Below are positions 30,276-39,254 of a DNA stretch of 64,000 bases, one piece after another. Numbering within the stretch: the first letter of the stretch is position 1; each line of letters starts with the position of its first letter. Origin of the DNA: Fimbriimonadales bacterium (GTDB taxonomy: Bacteria > Armatimonadota > Fimbriimonadia > Fimbriimonadales > Fimbriimonadaceae); contig JBBQZV010000012.1 of NCBI GenBank assembly GCA_038207365.1, positions 30,260-94,259 of the forward strand, written 5' to 3'. The notes below the pieces were generated by a model. It did no database searches. It worked only from the letters and a program-made list of their open reading frames with translations, and was not told the origin of the DNA. A program made the translations under genes and the position numbers.

Positions 30276-30836
30276 TCATCGCAGACTAGGTTCTCTCACC
30301 ATCTTCACTTGCGGGATCGCTCCACTGCCGACATGTTGGGTGGTGGAGTTAGATTCAGCTTCTTCGCACGCGGTAAAACCAAATCTTTCATAAAATCGAA
30401 TTGTCCTTGCGTTATATGTAGCGACCCGTAGCCAAATGGGGCGGTCGAGATCGAACCATTTTAGGAGTGCATCCATGAGTTGAGCTCCGATGCCTATGCT
30501 ATGCCATTGGGGAGATACATAAATACTTCCGACCCACTGCTCCAGTTCTACAGATCGATTTCCAATAGCCATTCCAACGATGACGCCATCCATCTTAGCA
30601 ACCAAGTTAAGTACGTCTGGATCGCGAGGCACTTGATATCTCTGGGCTCGTTTAGCAATTCCGGCAGTGGATAAGTTCCCAGCAACCCAAGTCTTCACGA
30701 GATCCACGGTAATCCCCAACTCATCATTCGGATAGGTGTCAACCCAAGCATCGTAAACAACCCGTCCAATGCCTGCAGCATCCTCTGGCGATGCTTGAGA
30801 AATCCTAAATACGTTAGATGTAGCTTGTAAGTCCAC
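30276..30836 (-). CDS. GNAT-family N-acetyltransferase
   Basis: Motif A-like VGSIYVSPQWHSIGIGAQLM and motif B RFYERFGF. Confidence 0.7.
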   Translation of the reverse strand: MDLQATSNVFRISQASPEDAAGIGRVVYDAWVDTYPNDELGITVDLVKTWVAGNLSTAGIAKRAQRYQVPRDPDVLNLVAKMDGVIVGMAIGNRSVELEQWVGSIYVSPQWHSIGIGAQLMDALLKWFDLDRPIWLRVATYNARTIRFYERFGFTACEEAESNSTTQHVGSGAIPQVKMVREPSLR

Positions 30837-31028
30837 GACACAGAACTATAGCAACTATCTGATTTGCACATGTCCTCGTGAGGCTCAACCTATTCCTAAT
30901 AATATTTCTCAAAAAAGTCGCAACCTTTGGGGTTAAACCGTGTAATTCTACTTTTGGATGCCGCACTTAATTCTTGTATTGACAGGAAACGCTGCCCGAA
31001 AGCGTACGGCCTTGGCGGCACGACAAAT

Positions 31029-32972
31029 ATGCTAATTGCACAAGCTAGCCCGGAGTCTTTGCTCCGATTCTGGTGGGTATTACTCCCCTTACTCGCTATC
31101 CTTTTCTTCAAGCCGATCCTTCGCCTCTTCCTGGGAATGGTAATCGTTCCAGAGAACCGCATTGGCTTGGTCACCAAGAAGTTTGTTCTTATTGGTGCGA
31201 ACTCAAAACTGCCTGACGGACGCATTTTGGCGACCCGCGGTGAAGCAGGTATGCAAGCTCGATCGCTTGCTCCCGGCCTCTATTGGATGATGTGGCCCTG
31301 GCAGTATTCAGTAATGATGCAGCCATTCACCATGATTCCAGAAGGGAAAATTGGTCTTGTACTTGCGAATGACGGACGAGAAATGCCGACAGGAAACATC
31401 CTTGCTCGGAAAGTCGAATGCGACAATTTCCAGGACACGGTTACCTTCCTGGATGCGGGCGGCCAAAAGGGTCGCCAGACTCACCTGCTCACGTCCGGAA
31501 CCTATCGAATCAACACTTTAGCTTTCGGCATCACCCTCGCTGACATTGTAGTTATCAAGGAGAACATGGTCGGAATAGTGACCGCTCTTGATGGCCAGCC
31601 TATTCGAAGGGGTCAGATCGCTGGTGAACAAATCGAAGGTCATAACAACTTCCAAAACGTTGATATGTTCCTCAATAACGGAGGCAATCGGGGCCTGCAA
31701 CCCCATGTAATGTTGGCAGGAAGCTATTTCATTAACAAATGGGCGATTCAAATCGAGGAAACGCCAATGACCGAAGTTCCTATCGGCCATGTTGGAGTCG
31801 TCATTTCGTATATCGGCGAGGATGGAAAGGACGTCACTGGAGAATCGTTCAAACACGGAAACATTGTCGAAAAAGGATTCCGTGGAGTCTGGATGGAGCC
31901 ACTAGGTCCTGGCAAATATCCTATCAACAAATACACGATGAAGGTGGAGCTAGTCCCCACCACCAACCTTGTCTTGAACTGGGCTAATGCACGAAGCGAA
32001 TCCCACGCTTTGGACAAGAACTTGAGCACGATAACGGTTCGCAGCAAGGATGGATTTCCTTTCAATCTGGATGTGTCGCAGATCATCCACATTCCTGCCA
32101 TCGAAGCTCCAAAAGTCATCGCACGATTTGGCAGCATGATGAACCTCGTTTCCCAAGTTCTGGAGCCAACCATCGGAAACTACTTCCGAAATAGCGCTCA
32201 AGACAGCGACGTTATCAGCTTCCTTAGCACTCGAAAGGAACGGCAGATGGCTGCCAAAGAGCACATCAACGAGGTGCTGGTTGAATATAACGTTAACGCC
32301 GTCGATACCCTAATCGGAGACATCACTCCCCCCGAAGCGCTGATGAAAACGCTGACTGATCGAAAGATCGCTCAAGAGGAAGAAAAGACCTATGAGACCC
32401 AGCGAATGGCTCAAGAGAAGCGCCAGGGCATGGAAAAGGAAACGGCTATTGCCGACATGCAGCGTGAGATTGTTAAAGCCCAGCAAAGCGTAGAAATCTC
32501 GCAGCGAACAGCAGATGCCACGGTCAAGAAAGCTGAAGGCGACGCAACCAGCCTCAAACTTCAGGTCAATGCCGAATCTGAAGCGATGAAGATGCGCGCC
32601 AATGCAGAAGCCGAAGCGACAAAGGCAAAGGGTGCTGCTCAGGCCGAATATACGAAGATGAACGCTGTCGCTGAAGCCGAGCGCATCTCCAAGACGGGTC
32701 TTGCCGAAGCCGAAAAGATCATGGCGATTGGTAAGTCCACCGCCGAAGCCTACGAACTCCAAGTCAAAGCCATGGGCGAAGAGAACTTCACGCGCTTCAA
32801 GATCACCGAAGAAATCAGCAAGGGCAAGATCAAAATCATCCCCGACCTATTCATCGGAGGCAGCACCGGAGACTCCTCCAACGGAGCCATGAACGGCCTA
32901 ATGGGCATGCAACTCCTCCAAATGATCCAATCCAAAAACGGCAAAGTGCCAGAAGAAGCCACCACGGAGTAA
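31029..32972 (+). CDS. Flotillin-like SPFH/band-7 protein (YqiK/FloA-like)
   Basis: N-terminal TM, an SPFH domain, and a long Ala/Glu/Lys-rich coiled coil (EAEATKAKGAAQAEY...). The start was trimmed to MLIAQASPESLLRFWW. Confidence 0.75.
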   Translation: MLIAQASPESLLRFWWVLLPLLAILFFKPILRLFLGMVIVPENRIGLVTKKFVLIGANSKLPDGRILATRGEAGMQARSLAPGLYWMMWPWQYSVMMQPFTMIPEGKIGLVLANDGREMPTGNILARKVECDNFQDTVTFLDAGGQKGRQTHLLTSGTYRINTLAFGITLADIVVIKENMVGIVTALDGQPIRRGQIAGEQIEGHNNFQNVDMFLNNGGNRGLQPHVMLAGSYFINKWAIQIEETPMTEVPIGHVGVVISYIGEDGKDVTGESFKHGNIVEKGFRGVWMEPLGPGKYPINKYTMKVELVPTTNLVLNWANARSESHALDKNLSTITVRSKDGFPFNLDVSQIIHIPAIEAPKVIARFGSMMNLVSQVLEPTIGNYFRNSAQDSDVISFLSTRKERQMAAKEHINEVLVEYNVNAVDTLIGDITPPEALMKTLTDRKIAQEEEKTYETQRMAQEKRQGMEKETAIADMQREIVKAQQSVEISQRTADATVKKAEGDATSLKLQVNAESEAMKMRANAEAEATKAKGAAQAEYTKMNAVAEAERISKTGLAEAEKIMAIGKSTAEAYELQVKAMGEENFTRFKITEEISKGKIKIIPDLFIGGSTGDSSNGAMNGLMGMQLLQMIQSKNGKVPEEATTE

Positions 32973-32979
32973 CTCCACC

Positions 32980-33015
32980 CCACATTCGACAACGCCGTCG
33001 AATGTGGCCAATTTC
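32980..33015 (+). terminator. Hairpin terminator after the flotillin gene (11-bp perfect stem CCACATTCGAC/GTCGAATGTGG, 6-nt loop, followed by CCAATTTCAT)
   Basis: A perfect inverted repeat 8 bp after the stop codon. The T-tract is short. Confidence 0.45.
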
Positions 33016-33113
33016 ATCCTGCCATTCGAAACCTGCCCCAAAGCGAGATTCCGCCAAACGATCTCCACCAAGTAGTCAAAGCATGAAAGAATGTTCCCCA
33101 CAAGGAATCCTAG

Positions 33114-33358
33114 TTCGTTTTCAGTCCCTATCCATTCGTAGCCACTCAGCGAGGTGCAGTCGCCGATTCCTGTCCGAGTGGGCTCCGCCCCACGAGTTTG
33201 AGTCGGCGCATCGAGCGCAGTGGCGTAAGCGATGGATCAGGACAGAAAACGAACGGCCAAGCGGAGCGACCCAAACGAAATCACAAAGCCAACAACCGAT
33301 CGAGCCAGGCAAAACATAAACAAAGGAAACAAGAAAGTTTCCCCAAAAACTAATCCAG
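33114..33358. repeat. Repeat unit 1 (core 33114..~33273, linker ~33274..33358)
   Basis: Core begins TTCGTTTTCAGTCCCTATCC and ends GGATCAGGACAGAAAACGAACGGCCAAGCGGAGCGACCC. Confidence 0.85.
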
Positions 33359-33600
33359 TTCGTTTTCAGTCCATATTCATTGTAGCCACTCAGCGAGGTG
33401 CAGTCAGCCGACTCTTGTCCGAGTGGGCTCCGCCCCACGAGTTTAAGTCGGCGCACCGAGCGCAGTGGCGTCAAGCGATGGATCAGGACAGAAAACGAAC
33501 GGCCACAGCGGAGCGACCCAGGGAAACTACAAAGCCAACAAATCCTAGAGCGACAGCCATATCCGGTCAAAGAAAGAATGTTCCCCAAAAGGTAATCCAG
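33359..33600. repeat. Repeat unit 2
   Basis: Same core with a few substitutions and indels. The linker shares ACAAAGCCAACAA and the ...GAATGTTCCCCAAAAGGTAATCCAG tail. Confidence 0.85.
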
Positions 33601-33839
33601 TTCGTTTTCAGTCCCTATACATCGTAGCCACTAAGCGAGGTGCAGTCAGCCGATTCCTGTCTGAGTGGGCTCCGTCCCACGAGTTGAATCGGCGCACCGA
33701 GCGCAGTGGCGTCAAGCGATGGATCAGGACAGAAAACGAACGGCCACAGCGGAGCGCCCCAGGAAAATATCAACGGTAACAGACCCAAGAACGAGCAAAA
33801 GCCAACCAAAGAATGAAGGTCCCCAAAAAACTAATCCCG
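33601..33839. repeat. Repeat unit 3
   Basis: Same core; the linker is more diverged. Confidence 0.85.
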
Positions 33840-34080
33840 TTCGTTTTCATTCCCTATCCATCGTAGCCACTCAGCAAGGTGCATTCAGCCGACTCTTGTC
33901 CGAGTGGGCTCCTCCCCACGAGTTTGAGTCGGCGCACCGAGCACAGTGGCGTCAAGCGATGGATCAGGACAGAAAACGAACGGCCACAGCGGAGCGCCCC
34001 AAGAGAATCACAAAGCAAACAAAAGAACAATCCAGCCAGAAACCCAATCTGTCCCTACAAGAGAACCCACCCGTAACTCA
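33840..34080. repeat. Repeat unit 4 (its linker runs into the 3' end of the DUF2339 gene)
   Basis: Same core; the linker has no conserved tail and merges into the stop region of the minus-strand gene at 34082. Confidence 0.8.
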
Positions 34081-34081
34081 C

Positions 34082-36526
34082 TCACTCCAAAGGCAAATCC
34101 GTGCCCTTATCTTCAGGCAACAAAGCATTGGCCGAATGCATTCGGATATACCAATACCCTCCCCCCACCATCCCAATCCCCAGCAAAAGAAGAATCAAAA
34201 CCCGAACACCTGGATCAAGCGACGACAGGTCATACAGAAAGACCTTGACCAACGTCGCTCCGAATACGCCAAAGCTCCAATAACGCATGTTGCGCAGCCT
34301 GAACTGGAAGCCCAAAGCAAGCAATGCAATTGCATAGACAATCCACGCCATCGTCACTGCAGGCCCGTCTTTCAGACCGATCCCTTTCGATGTGAAGAGG
34401 AGATAGGCAAACCGCGAAAACAGAACCCAAGTGTAGAAGATGCAGAAGGAAACGAGGGTTTCCTTCTTGCATAGACGAGGGCCAGTCGCACTAGCCATCA
34501 AGAGGATACAGGCCATCGAGCACGCGAGGAGCCCCGTCTCAATAGTGGACGGCGTCCGCTGATAGAGTTGAATAGTCAGCGCTCCCGCTCCACCAAAGAG
34601 CAAGGCTAACCATCCCTGGGGAACAAGTGCGGTCCAAACGAGGCGACTGGCAAGTCCCCCGGAGAGAGCGGTAACGAGCAGCAAACCGATAACGATTGCA
34701 CACGGAACATTAAGGGCGATGGCAGGGAGCGTCAGCCAAAGTACGGACAGCCGCACGATGAGGCAGGCCATCACGGCACCAACTGCAGAAAGCACATTCG
34801 CTTCACTGTCTGATTCCGTGTTTATTCGTGTGGTTACGCCTGCAAAACAGGTCATACCTATAAGCAAGGCTAGTATGACGGTGTCGAAGGCTGGTGCAGG
34901 AAATCCATCAAAAATGAGCTGACTATATTGCAAGAGTGCTCCCAAGAAGGTCACCCATGCAAGCACAAGAACCATCCGCCAATGGGTTTGTTTGCTTACG
35001 GCAAAGAGTCCCGCCGAGAAAACAAAGAAGGAAACCACGAGCGCGAGAGATGCCGGATAACCAAACGTTGGCGTTGAAAGCAGTACAAAACCGAAGCGAC
35101 TAAACAACGGTAGGGCAATGATACTGGCTACGAGCATTGCATTTTGCGATGCTCCGCCAACTCGCTTAATCGCGAATCCTCCAACTACCGTGGCTACCAT
35201 AAAGGAAACTAAAAGCCAAGATTCTGTTGCTACCGTGAAATGGAAATTGGAAGTGGACCAAGGCGTCGTATAAGCAACAAGGCCCAAAGACAAATTGAGA
35301 GCAGAAAGGCCAGCTAAAGCTTTGGGCGCAAATCGTAAGGCCGCGATTCCGAGCAGGATAGAGAACCCTGCGTAAGCAAATCCAGCTTCGAGTCGGTGGA
35401 AACCAACGGGTGTCAAGGCCGTCGATAGGCTAAGCCCAGCAAGCCAAAAGGCGTTCCGAGCACCCGGCTTTGCAGTAAGCAAGTAACCCACTACTGCGGC
35501 TGGTCCAGACAATAGGAGGACGTGGAGCGACCCGTGAGCAGTCTCATCAAAGGCAAGCGCAGCGACCCCTCCAATAACGAGGAACACACCAGAAAGCATG
35601 CCCCAGGGGTCGAATTCAGTTTCTTTCCAGACTAAGGAATACACTAAAGCTGTGATCAAGCTTGTTCCATACAAGCCTCCGAGCCGAACGGGCCAGTCGT
35701 GGTTGTAAGTCATGGCTGGAATCAGGGCTGCCATGGCCGCTACGAAGAGCAACATCGACATTTCCAGCCACTTGTTCTTGACCACCAAGAGCGCGCAAGG
35801 CACGAGGATCAGGAAGTGGAGGCTAATATCCAGCGTCGCATTGTATCGGCTCATCGGCAACATCGCTGCCGTAAATCCACCCATCATTCCAATAGCCAAG
35901 AAGGAGCGAGACGACTTCAAATGGGAAAAGGCGAAATTGATGAAACTCAGGCACACAAAAAGCACCACGAGCGTCTCACCCGAATACAGATGTTTGAAGA
36001 GGTGAGCACCCGCGAAACTTAAGTAGAGTCCACAGGACCCAATTCCAACCATCAGTTGGCCAAACTCTTCCTTTTCGTTGCGCTTAATAAATCCGAGCCC
36101 AACGAAAGCTAAACAAAGGGCGATTTCACCGCTGAATTGGACGACGGGGGTGATGTACCCTTTTGATACCGCCAACGCCACCAAGTAGATGATGGCGATT
36201 ACGATCACAATGGCTCCACCCCGGAGCAGGCCTGTCAATCCAATCTTATATTCAAGGTCGTCAAGTTGCTTTTCACTTTTAGCGGTAGGCATTGGTTTGG
36301 GAACCACAGGTTCACGACCAAAGCTCTCCCATGCTGCAACCACGTTAGCGACGGGAATCTCCCGATGAATCGGGAGGATCGGAGGAGGAGCAACAACGAC
36401 CTGTTCGGGTTGAGTACCTCCAAGAACCAATTGCTCCACCCTTTGTATTCGGCGGGAAAGCTCGCTGATCGTTCTCTCTACATTCTCAAGTCGGGTTATG
36501 AGCGGGTTTGTTTCCGAATCTGACAT
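34082..36526 (-). CDS. Large polytopic membrane protein, DUF2339-like (N-terminal coiled coil followed by more than 20 TM helices)
   Basis: N-terminal coiled coil LITRLENVERTISELSRRIQRVEQL, then an 814-aa highly hydrophobic body typical of DUF2339. Confidence 0.55.
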   Translation of the reverse strand: MSDSETNPLITRLENVERTISELSRRIQRVEQLVLGGTQPEQVVVAPPPILPIHREIPVANVVAAWESFGREPVVPKPMPTAKSEKQLDDLEYKIGLTGLLRGGAIVIVIAIIYLVALAVSKGYITPVVQFSGEIALCLAFVGLGFIKRNEKEEFGQLMVGIGSCGLYLSFAGAHLFKHLYSGETLVVLFVCLSFINFAFSHLKSSRSFLAIGMMGGFTAAMLPMSRYNATLDISLHFLILVPCALLVVKNKWLEMSMLLFVAAMAALIPAMTYNHDWPVRLGGLYGTSLITALVYSLVWKETEFDPWGMLSGVFLVIGGVAALAFDETAHGSLHVLLLSGPAAVVGYLLTAKPGARNAFWLAGLSLSTALTPVGFHRLEAGFAYAGFSILLGIAALRFAPKALAGLSALNLSLGLVAYTTPWSTSNFHFTVATESWLLVSFMVATVVGGFAIKRVGGASQNAMLVASIIALPLFSRFGFVLLSTPTFGYPASLALVVSFFVFSAGLFAVSKQTHWRMVLVLAWVTFLGALLQYSQLIFDGFPAPAFDTVILALLIGMTCFAGVTTRINTESDSEANVLSAVGAVMACLIVRLSVLWLTLPAIALNVPCAIVIGLLLVTALSGGLASRLVWTALVPQGWLALLFGGAGALTIQLYQRTPSTIETGLLACSMACILLMASATGPRLCKKETLVSFCIFYTWVLFSRFAYLLFTSKGIGLKDGPAVTMAWIVYAIALLALGFQFRLRNMRYWSFGVFGATLVKVFLYDLSSLDPGVRVLILLLLGIGMVGGGYWYIRMHSANALLPEDKGTDLPLE

Positions 36527-36675
36527 GAATACTCCACCTGCAGCGCCATGTTACGCTCACGGACAAGATAAGGTGGTCGGAAAAACCTAGGTCCTGTACG
36601 ACAAGGCAACAAGGAGGGCAATCGGATTCTATTGATGCAATTCCTGGAACGTAGTCCGATTGCGAGGAACGGAAT

Positions 36676-37581
36676 TTGTCCACTTCGTTGTATCGTATAG
36701 GGATGCACTTGACCGCTTCACGATTAAGCGTAGGGGCCACCTTACTTTTCGGTCTATTTCTTACTTCAGCAACCGCCCATACACAGGCACAACAATCTCT
36801 ATCACCTGAGCTACAGGAGGTAGAAAACGTACTCGGCAAGATGCGCCAGATGCCTGATGCTGAACGCGCAGTTGCTTCCAAGAATCTAGCCCTTAAAATA
36901 CGAAAGCTTCCCGCAAGCGCTGACAAGGTCCTTCGCGCGGTCGCCTTGGCTAATCTATCAACGGAAGGTGACTTTGGCCAAAGCACGCTTCAAGAAGTGA
37001 CGACTACTTTAGAGAAGGCCGTGATAGAAAATCCACCCGCCCGAGAGCGGGGCGAGCCAGCATTCGCCTATGCTGAACTGGCCACTTTGGCCCATTACGA
37101 GCACATGAAAGTTTCACTAAAGGTGCCCGACTATCTTGAAGCCCTGTCCAAATTAAACAAGACAGATGAACTCCGGGCAAAAGCAGACTTCACTTTAAAG
37201 GACATTACGGGCCACACATGGACACTTTCTTCACTCAAAGGCAAAGTTGTGGTCGTCAATTTTTGGGCAACCTGGTGCCCACCTTGCCGAAAGGAGATGC
37301 CAGATCTCGAAATCCTTGCTAATCGTTACAAGAAAAAAGGACTCGTCGTTCTAGCTATTTCGAACGAGAAGGACGAGATCGTAAAGGCATTTATCAAGAA
37401 GACGAAGTACACCTACCCCATCCTCTTGGATCCAGCTGGCGAAACTAACAAAGCTTATAGTATTGATGGCATTCCGAAGACCTATTTCTACAATCGAAAA
37501 GGTGCTCTCGTGGCCCAAGCCATCGACATGCGAACGATGGATCAGTTTAAGAAACTTCTCCTCCGCACCGGACTAAAATAA
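36676..37581 (+). CDS. TlpA/ResA-like thiol:disulfide oxidoreductase (thioredoxin fold, secreted)
   Basis: Signal peptide. C-terminal redoxin motif VVVNFWATWCPPCRKEMP. The N-terminal helical extension resembles TPR. Confidence 0.75.
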   Translation: MSTSLYRIGMHLTASRLSVGATLLFGLFLTSATAHTQAQQSLSPELQEVENVLGKMRQMPDAERAVASKNLALKIRKLPASADKVLRAVALANLSTEGDFGQSTLQEVTTTLEKAVIENPPARERGEPAFAYAELATLAHYEHMKVSLKVPDYLEALSKLNKTDELRAKADFTLKDITGHTWTLSSLKGKVVVVNFWATWCPPCRKEMPDLEILANRYKKKGLVVLAISNEKDEIVKAFIKKTKYTYPILLDPAGETNKAYSIDGIPKTYFYNRKGALVAQAIDMRTMDQFKKLLLRTGLK

Positions 37582-37590
37582 GCCCGCTCC

Positions 37591-37624
37591 GTTCCACGCT
37601 GGCTCTATGCCGCTAGCGTGGAAC
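37591..37624. terminator. Shared hairpin between convergent genes (10-bp perfect stem GTTCCACGCT/AGCGTGGAAC)
   Basis: Lies 10 bp after the tlpA-like stop and overlaps the flavodoxin-gene stop. The minus-strand side is followed by TTATTTT. Confidence 0.35.
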
Positions 37625-38207
37625 ATAGGGGTTGCGGGCTGCAATATTCCAGTTTCTTTATCGGAGTTTGTTGTCCTAGAATCGCCCAACCAAACTGCTC
37701 AACTTGATCCCAGTCCGTCAATTCATGATCTTGGGTGGTATCAGTAGGACACTTGTGTAGCTTCGCCACACAGGCGGCTAACTTTCGAGGAATTAGCTTC
37801 ATTTTGGTATAGGGCAAGCAACCGGCGAAGCTGGCCGTTGATTCTGCTTTTACATCAGTTAAGTACAAAAAGCGGTCGATCGTGGACTCGGCGGCTTTGT
37901 TGGATCGTATTCCTCTTCCTACTGCGTGCAAGCCCACTGAATAGAAACAAAGGCGAGTCCGCAACAGGAGTTCGCGGTGATAGGCAACCCAATCCAACAA
38001 TTGCTCTGGATACTCGCCGTAATACACGGGACCGCCGATAATGACTGAAGAATATTTCTGAATAACTTTCGAATCGGGTTCTTCCCCGTCACTCAGGTTA
38101 TAGATATCCGCCTCGATCCCAAACGAGTTGAATTGGCGAGCTAACACTTCGGCCACCTTTTTGGTGTGTCCGTGATGGCTGTAAACCACTAGTGCAACTC
38201 GCTTCAT
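37605..38207 (-). CDS. Flavodoxin-like protein (HemG/WrbA-like fold)
   Basis: MKRVALVVYSHHGHTKKVAEVL...SSVIIGGPVYYG is a flavodoxin FMN-binding signature. The start was trimmed to the Met at 38207; the ORF is open to 38399. Confidence 0.6.
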   Translation of the reverse strand: MKRVALVVYSHHGHTKKVAEVLARQFNSFGIEADIYNLSDGEEPDSKVIQKYSSVIIGGPVYYGEYPEQLLDWVAYHRELLLRTRLCFYSVGLHAVGRGIRSNKAAESTIDRFLYLTDVKAESTASFAGCLPYTKMKLIPRKLAACVAKLHKCPTDTTQDHELTDWDQVEQFGWAILGQQTPIKKLEYCSPQPLCSTLAA

Positions 38208-38402
38208 TGTTCTTACCCAGACAGGCTCACAGGGGCATTTTGTTCCCGTAAAACGAGCCCCTGGGCCAAAGGAGCTAGCAAAGCTCAAAGCCCATGAGAC
38301 CTTACGTGTATCTACGCGAGGAGTATCTTTGTCGGCATGTTGCTTGCTTGCCTTGCCGTTTGGGTCGCGCTTCCTCGAACCGAAGAAGTAGTTTCGCACT
38401 CT

Positions 38403-39254
38403 CTACTTGGACTCGTCCAAGTAGAGCTGCCCCAACTGCACCAGGTTCTCATCGACGGTGGTAGCGCCCTCGTCAAGATCCCACGCGAGAGAAAATACCA
38501 CGCCATAGAAGCCCATAAGGGACACAACCTCCCTGGGTGAACTCATCGAACTCGCAAGGATGCCAATCCGTTCTAATGCACGATCTTCCAAACCAGGGTC
38601 ATGGTAGAAACGTGTCATCGGGTTGCGTAAAAACGCGCCGATTTCGTAGAGCGGATTACCTACCACTCCATGAGGATCAATAAGCCGTGTTTGGCAGGCA
38701 GAATTGAGCAGGATATTAAAGTGATGCATGTCGCCATGCAGAACCCTCTGATCGTCACGTGGTCCCATGAGAATGTCTTGCTCGTTATGGGCCGCTTTAA
38801 GAAGGGATGTGACTGCCGCTGAAGGGGAGACCTTTTCGACTGCGTGAAAGACTTTAGCGTAGTCAGATAGTTTGGGGAAGTCCAAATCAGCATGTGGCCT
38901 CGAAGTGATCGATCGATAAAGGCTTGTCCAGATTTCGATTTCACGGTGCGCGGCAGGATAAAGGGTTGCAAGGTCGCCAGCGGTTTCTAACCGTTCGATA
39001 AGTAAGGCGTTTCTCTCGGTAGATACCTTGTAGAGGATTGGACAGATCTTGTCTCCGAAATGGACGAGTGCGCGTGATTCAGGCCCGACATTACTGTCGT
39101 ATATCCCCACTTTCAGTACAGACGGACCGAATGGAGAATCACAGAACGCAACACGCGCCGTGCTTACGCCTTTCATCCAAACCACGTTTGTTAGTTCCCA
39201 TTCGAAGATTAGAGACTCTGACCTTTCCACCCAGTTCGATTTGTTCAAGATCAC
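38403..39254 (-). CDS. Aminoglycoside/antibiotic phosphotransferase-like kinase (APH(6)/StrB-like family)
   Basis: Brenner catalytic motif HGDMHHFNILL and IDPHGVVGNPLYEIG, as in the APH(6) family. Confidence 0.6.
   Translation of the reverse strand: MILNKSNWVERSESLIFEWELTNVVWMKGVSTARVAFCDSPFGPSVLKVGIYDSNVGPESRALVHFGDKICPILYKVSTERNALLIERLETAGDLATLYPAAHREIEIWTSLYRSITSRPHADLDFPKLSDYAKVFHAVEKVSPSAAVTSLLKAAHNEQDILMGPRDDQRVLHGDMHHFNILLNSACQTRLIDPHGVVGNPLYEIGAFLRNPMTRFYHDPGLEDRALERIGILASSMSSPREVVSLMGFYGVVFSLAWDLDEGATTVDENLVQLGQLYLDESK

Larger units (their letters stand above)
33000..34085. repeat. Tandem array of four ~240-bp units (periods 245/242/239/~241), each a ~160-nt conserved self-complementary core plus a diverged CA-rich linker; fills the convergent intergenic region
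   Basis: Direct reading of the sequence. Units start at 33114, 33359, 33601 and 33840. A linker-like partial unit at 33008..33113 ends in the same GAATGTTCCCCA(C/A)AAGG(A/T)AATCC(T)AG tail. Confidence 0.9.

Noticed and set aside
30425-30470. tRNA-like T-arm fragment GGTCGAGATCGAACC
   Set aside because: It lies inside the GNAT CDS at 30276..30836. No acceptor, D or anticodon arm can be folded around it.
33000-34085. CRISPR array
   Set aside because: The conserved part is ~160 nt, not 24-48 nt. The spacers are mutually homologous, diverged copies rather than unique sequences. There are no cas genes in the 64 kb.
33000-34085. Integron attC/cassette array
   Set aside because: The core does begin with GTT and end with AAC. 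But the GTT and AAC sit on the outer rather than inner side of the inverted boxes. The inter-core segments are only ~80-100 bp, too short for cassettes. No intI gene is present.
33121-34474. ORFs drawn across the repeat array: 33121..33588 (-), 33232..33627 (+), 33665..34474 (+), 33879..34076 (+) and 33946..34248 (+), with repetitive translations such as SEWAPPHEFESAHRAQWRQAMDQDRKRTA
   Set aside because: They only exist because the repeat lacks stop codons. The unit periods (245, 242 and 239 bp) are not multiples of 3, so the frame is not conserved between copies. The predicted proteins are low-complexity.
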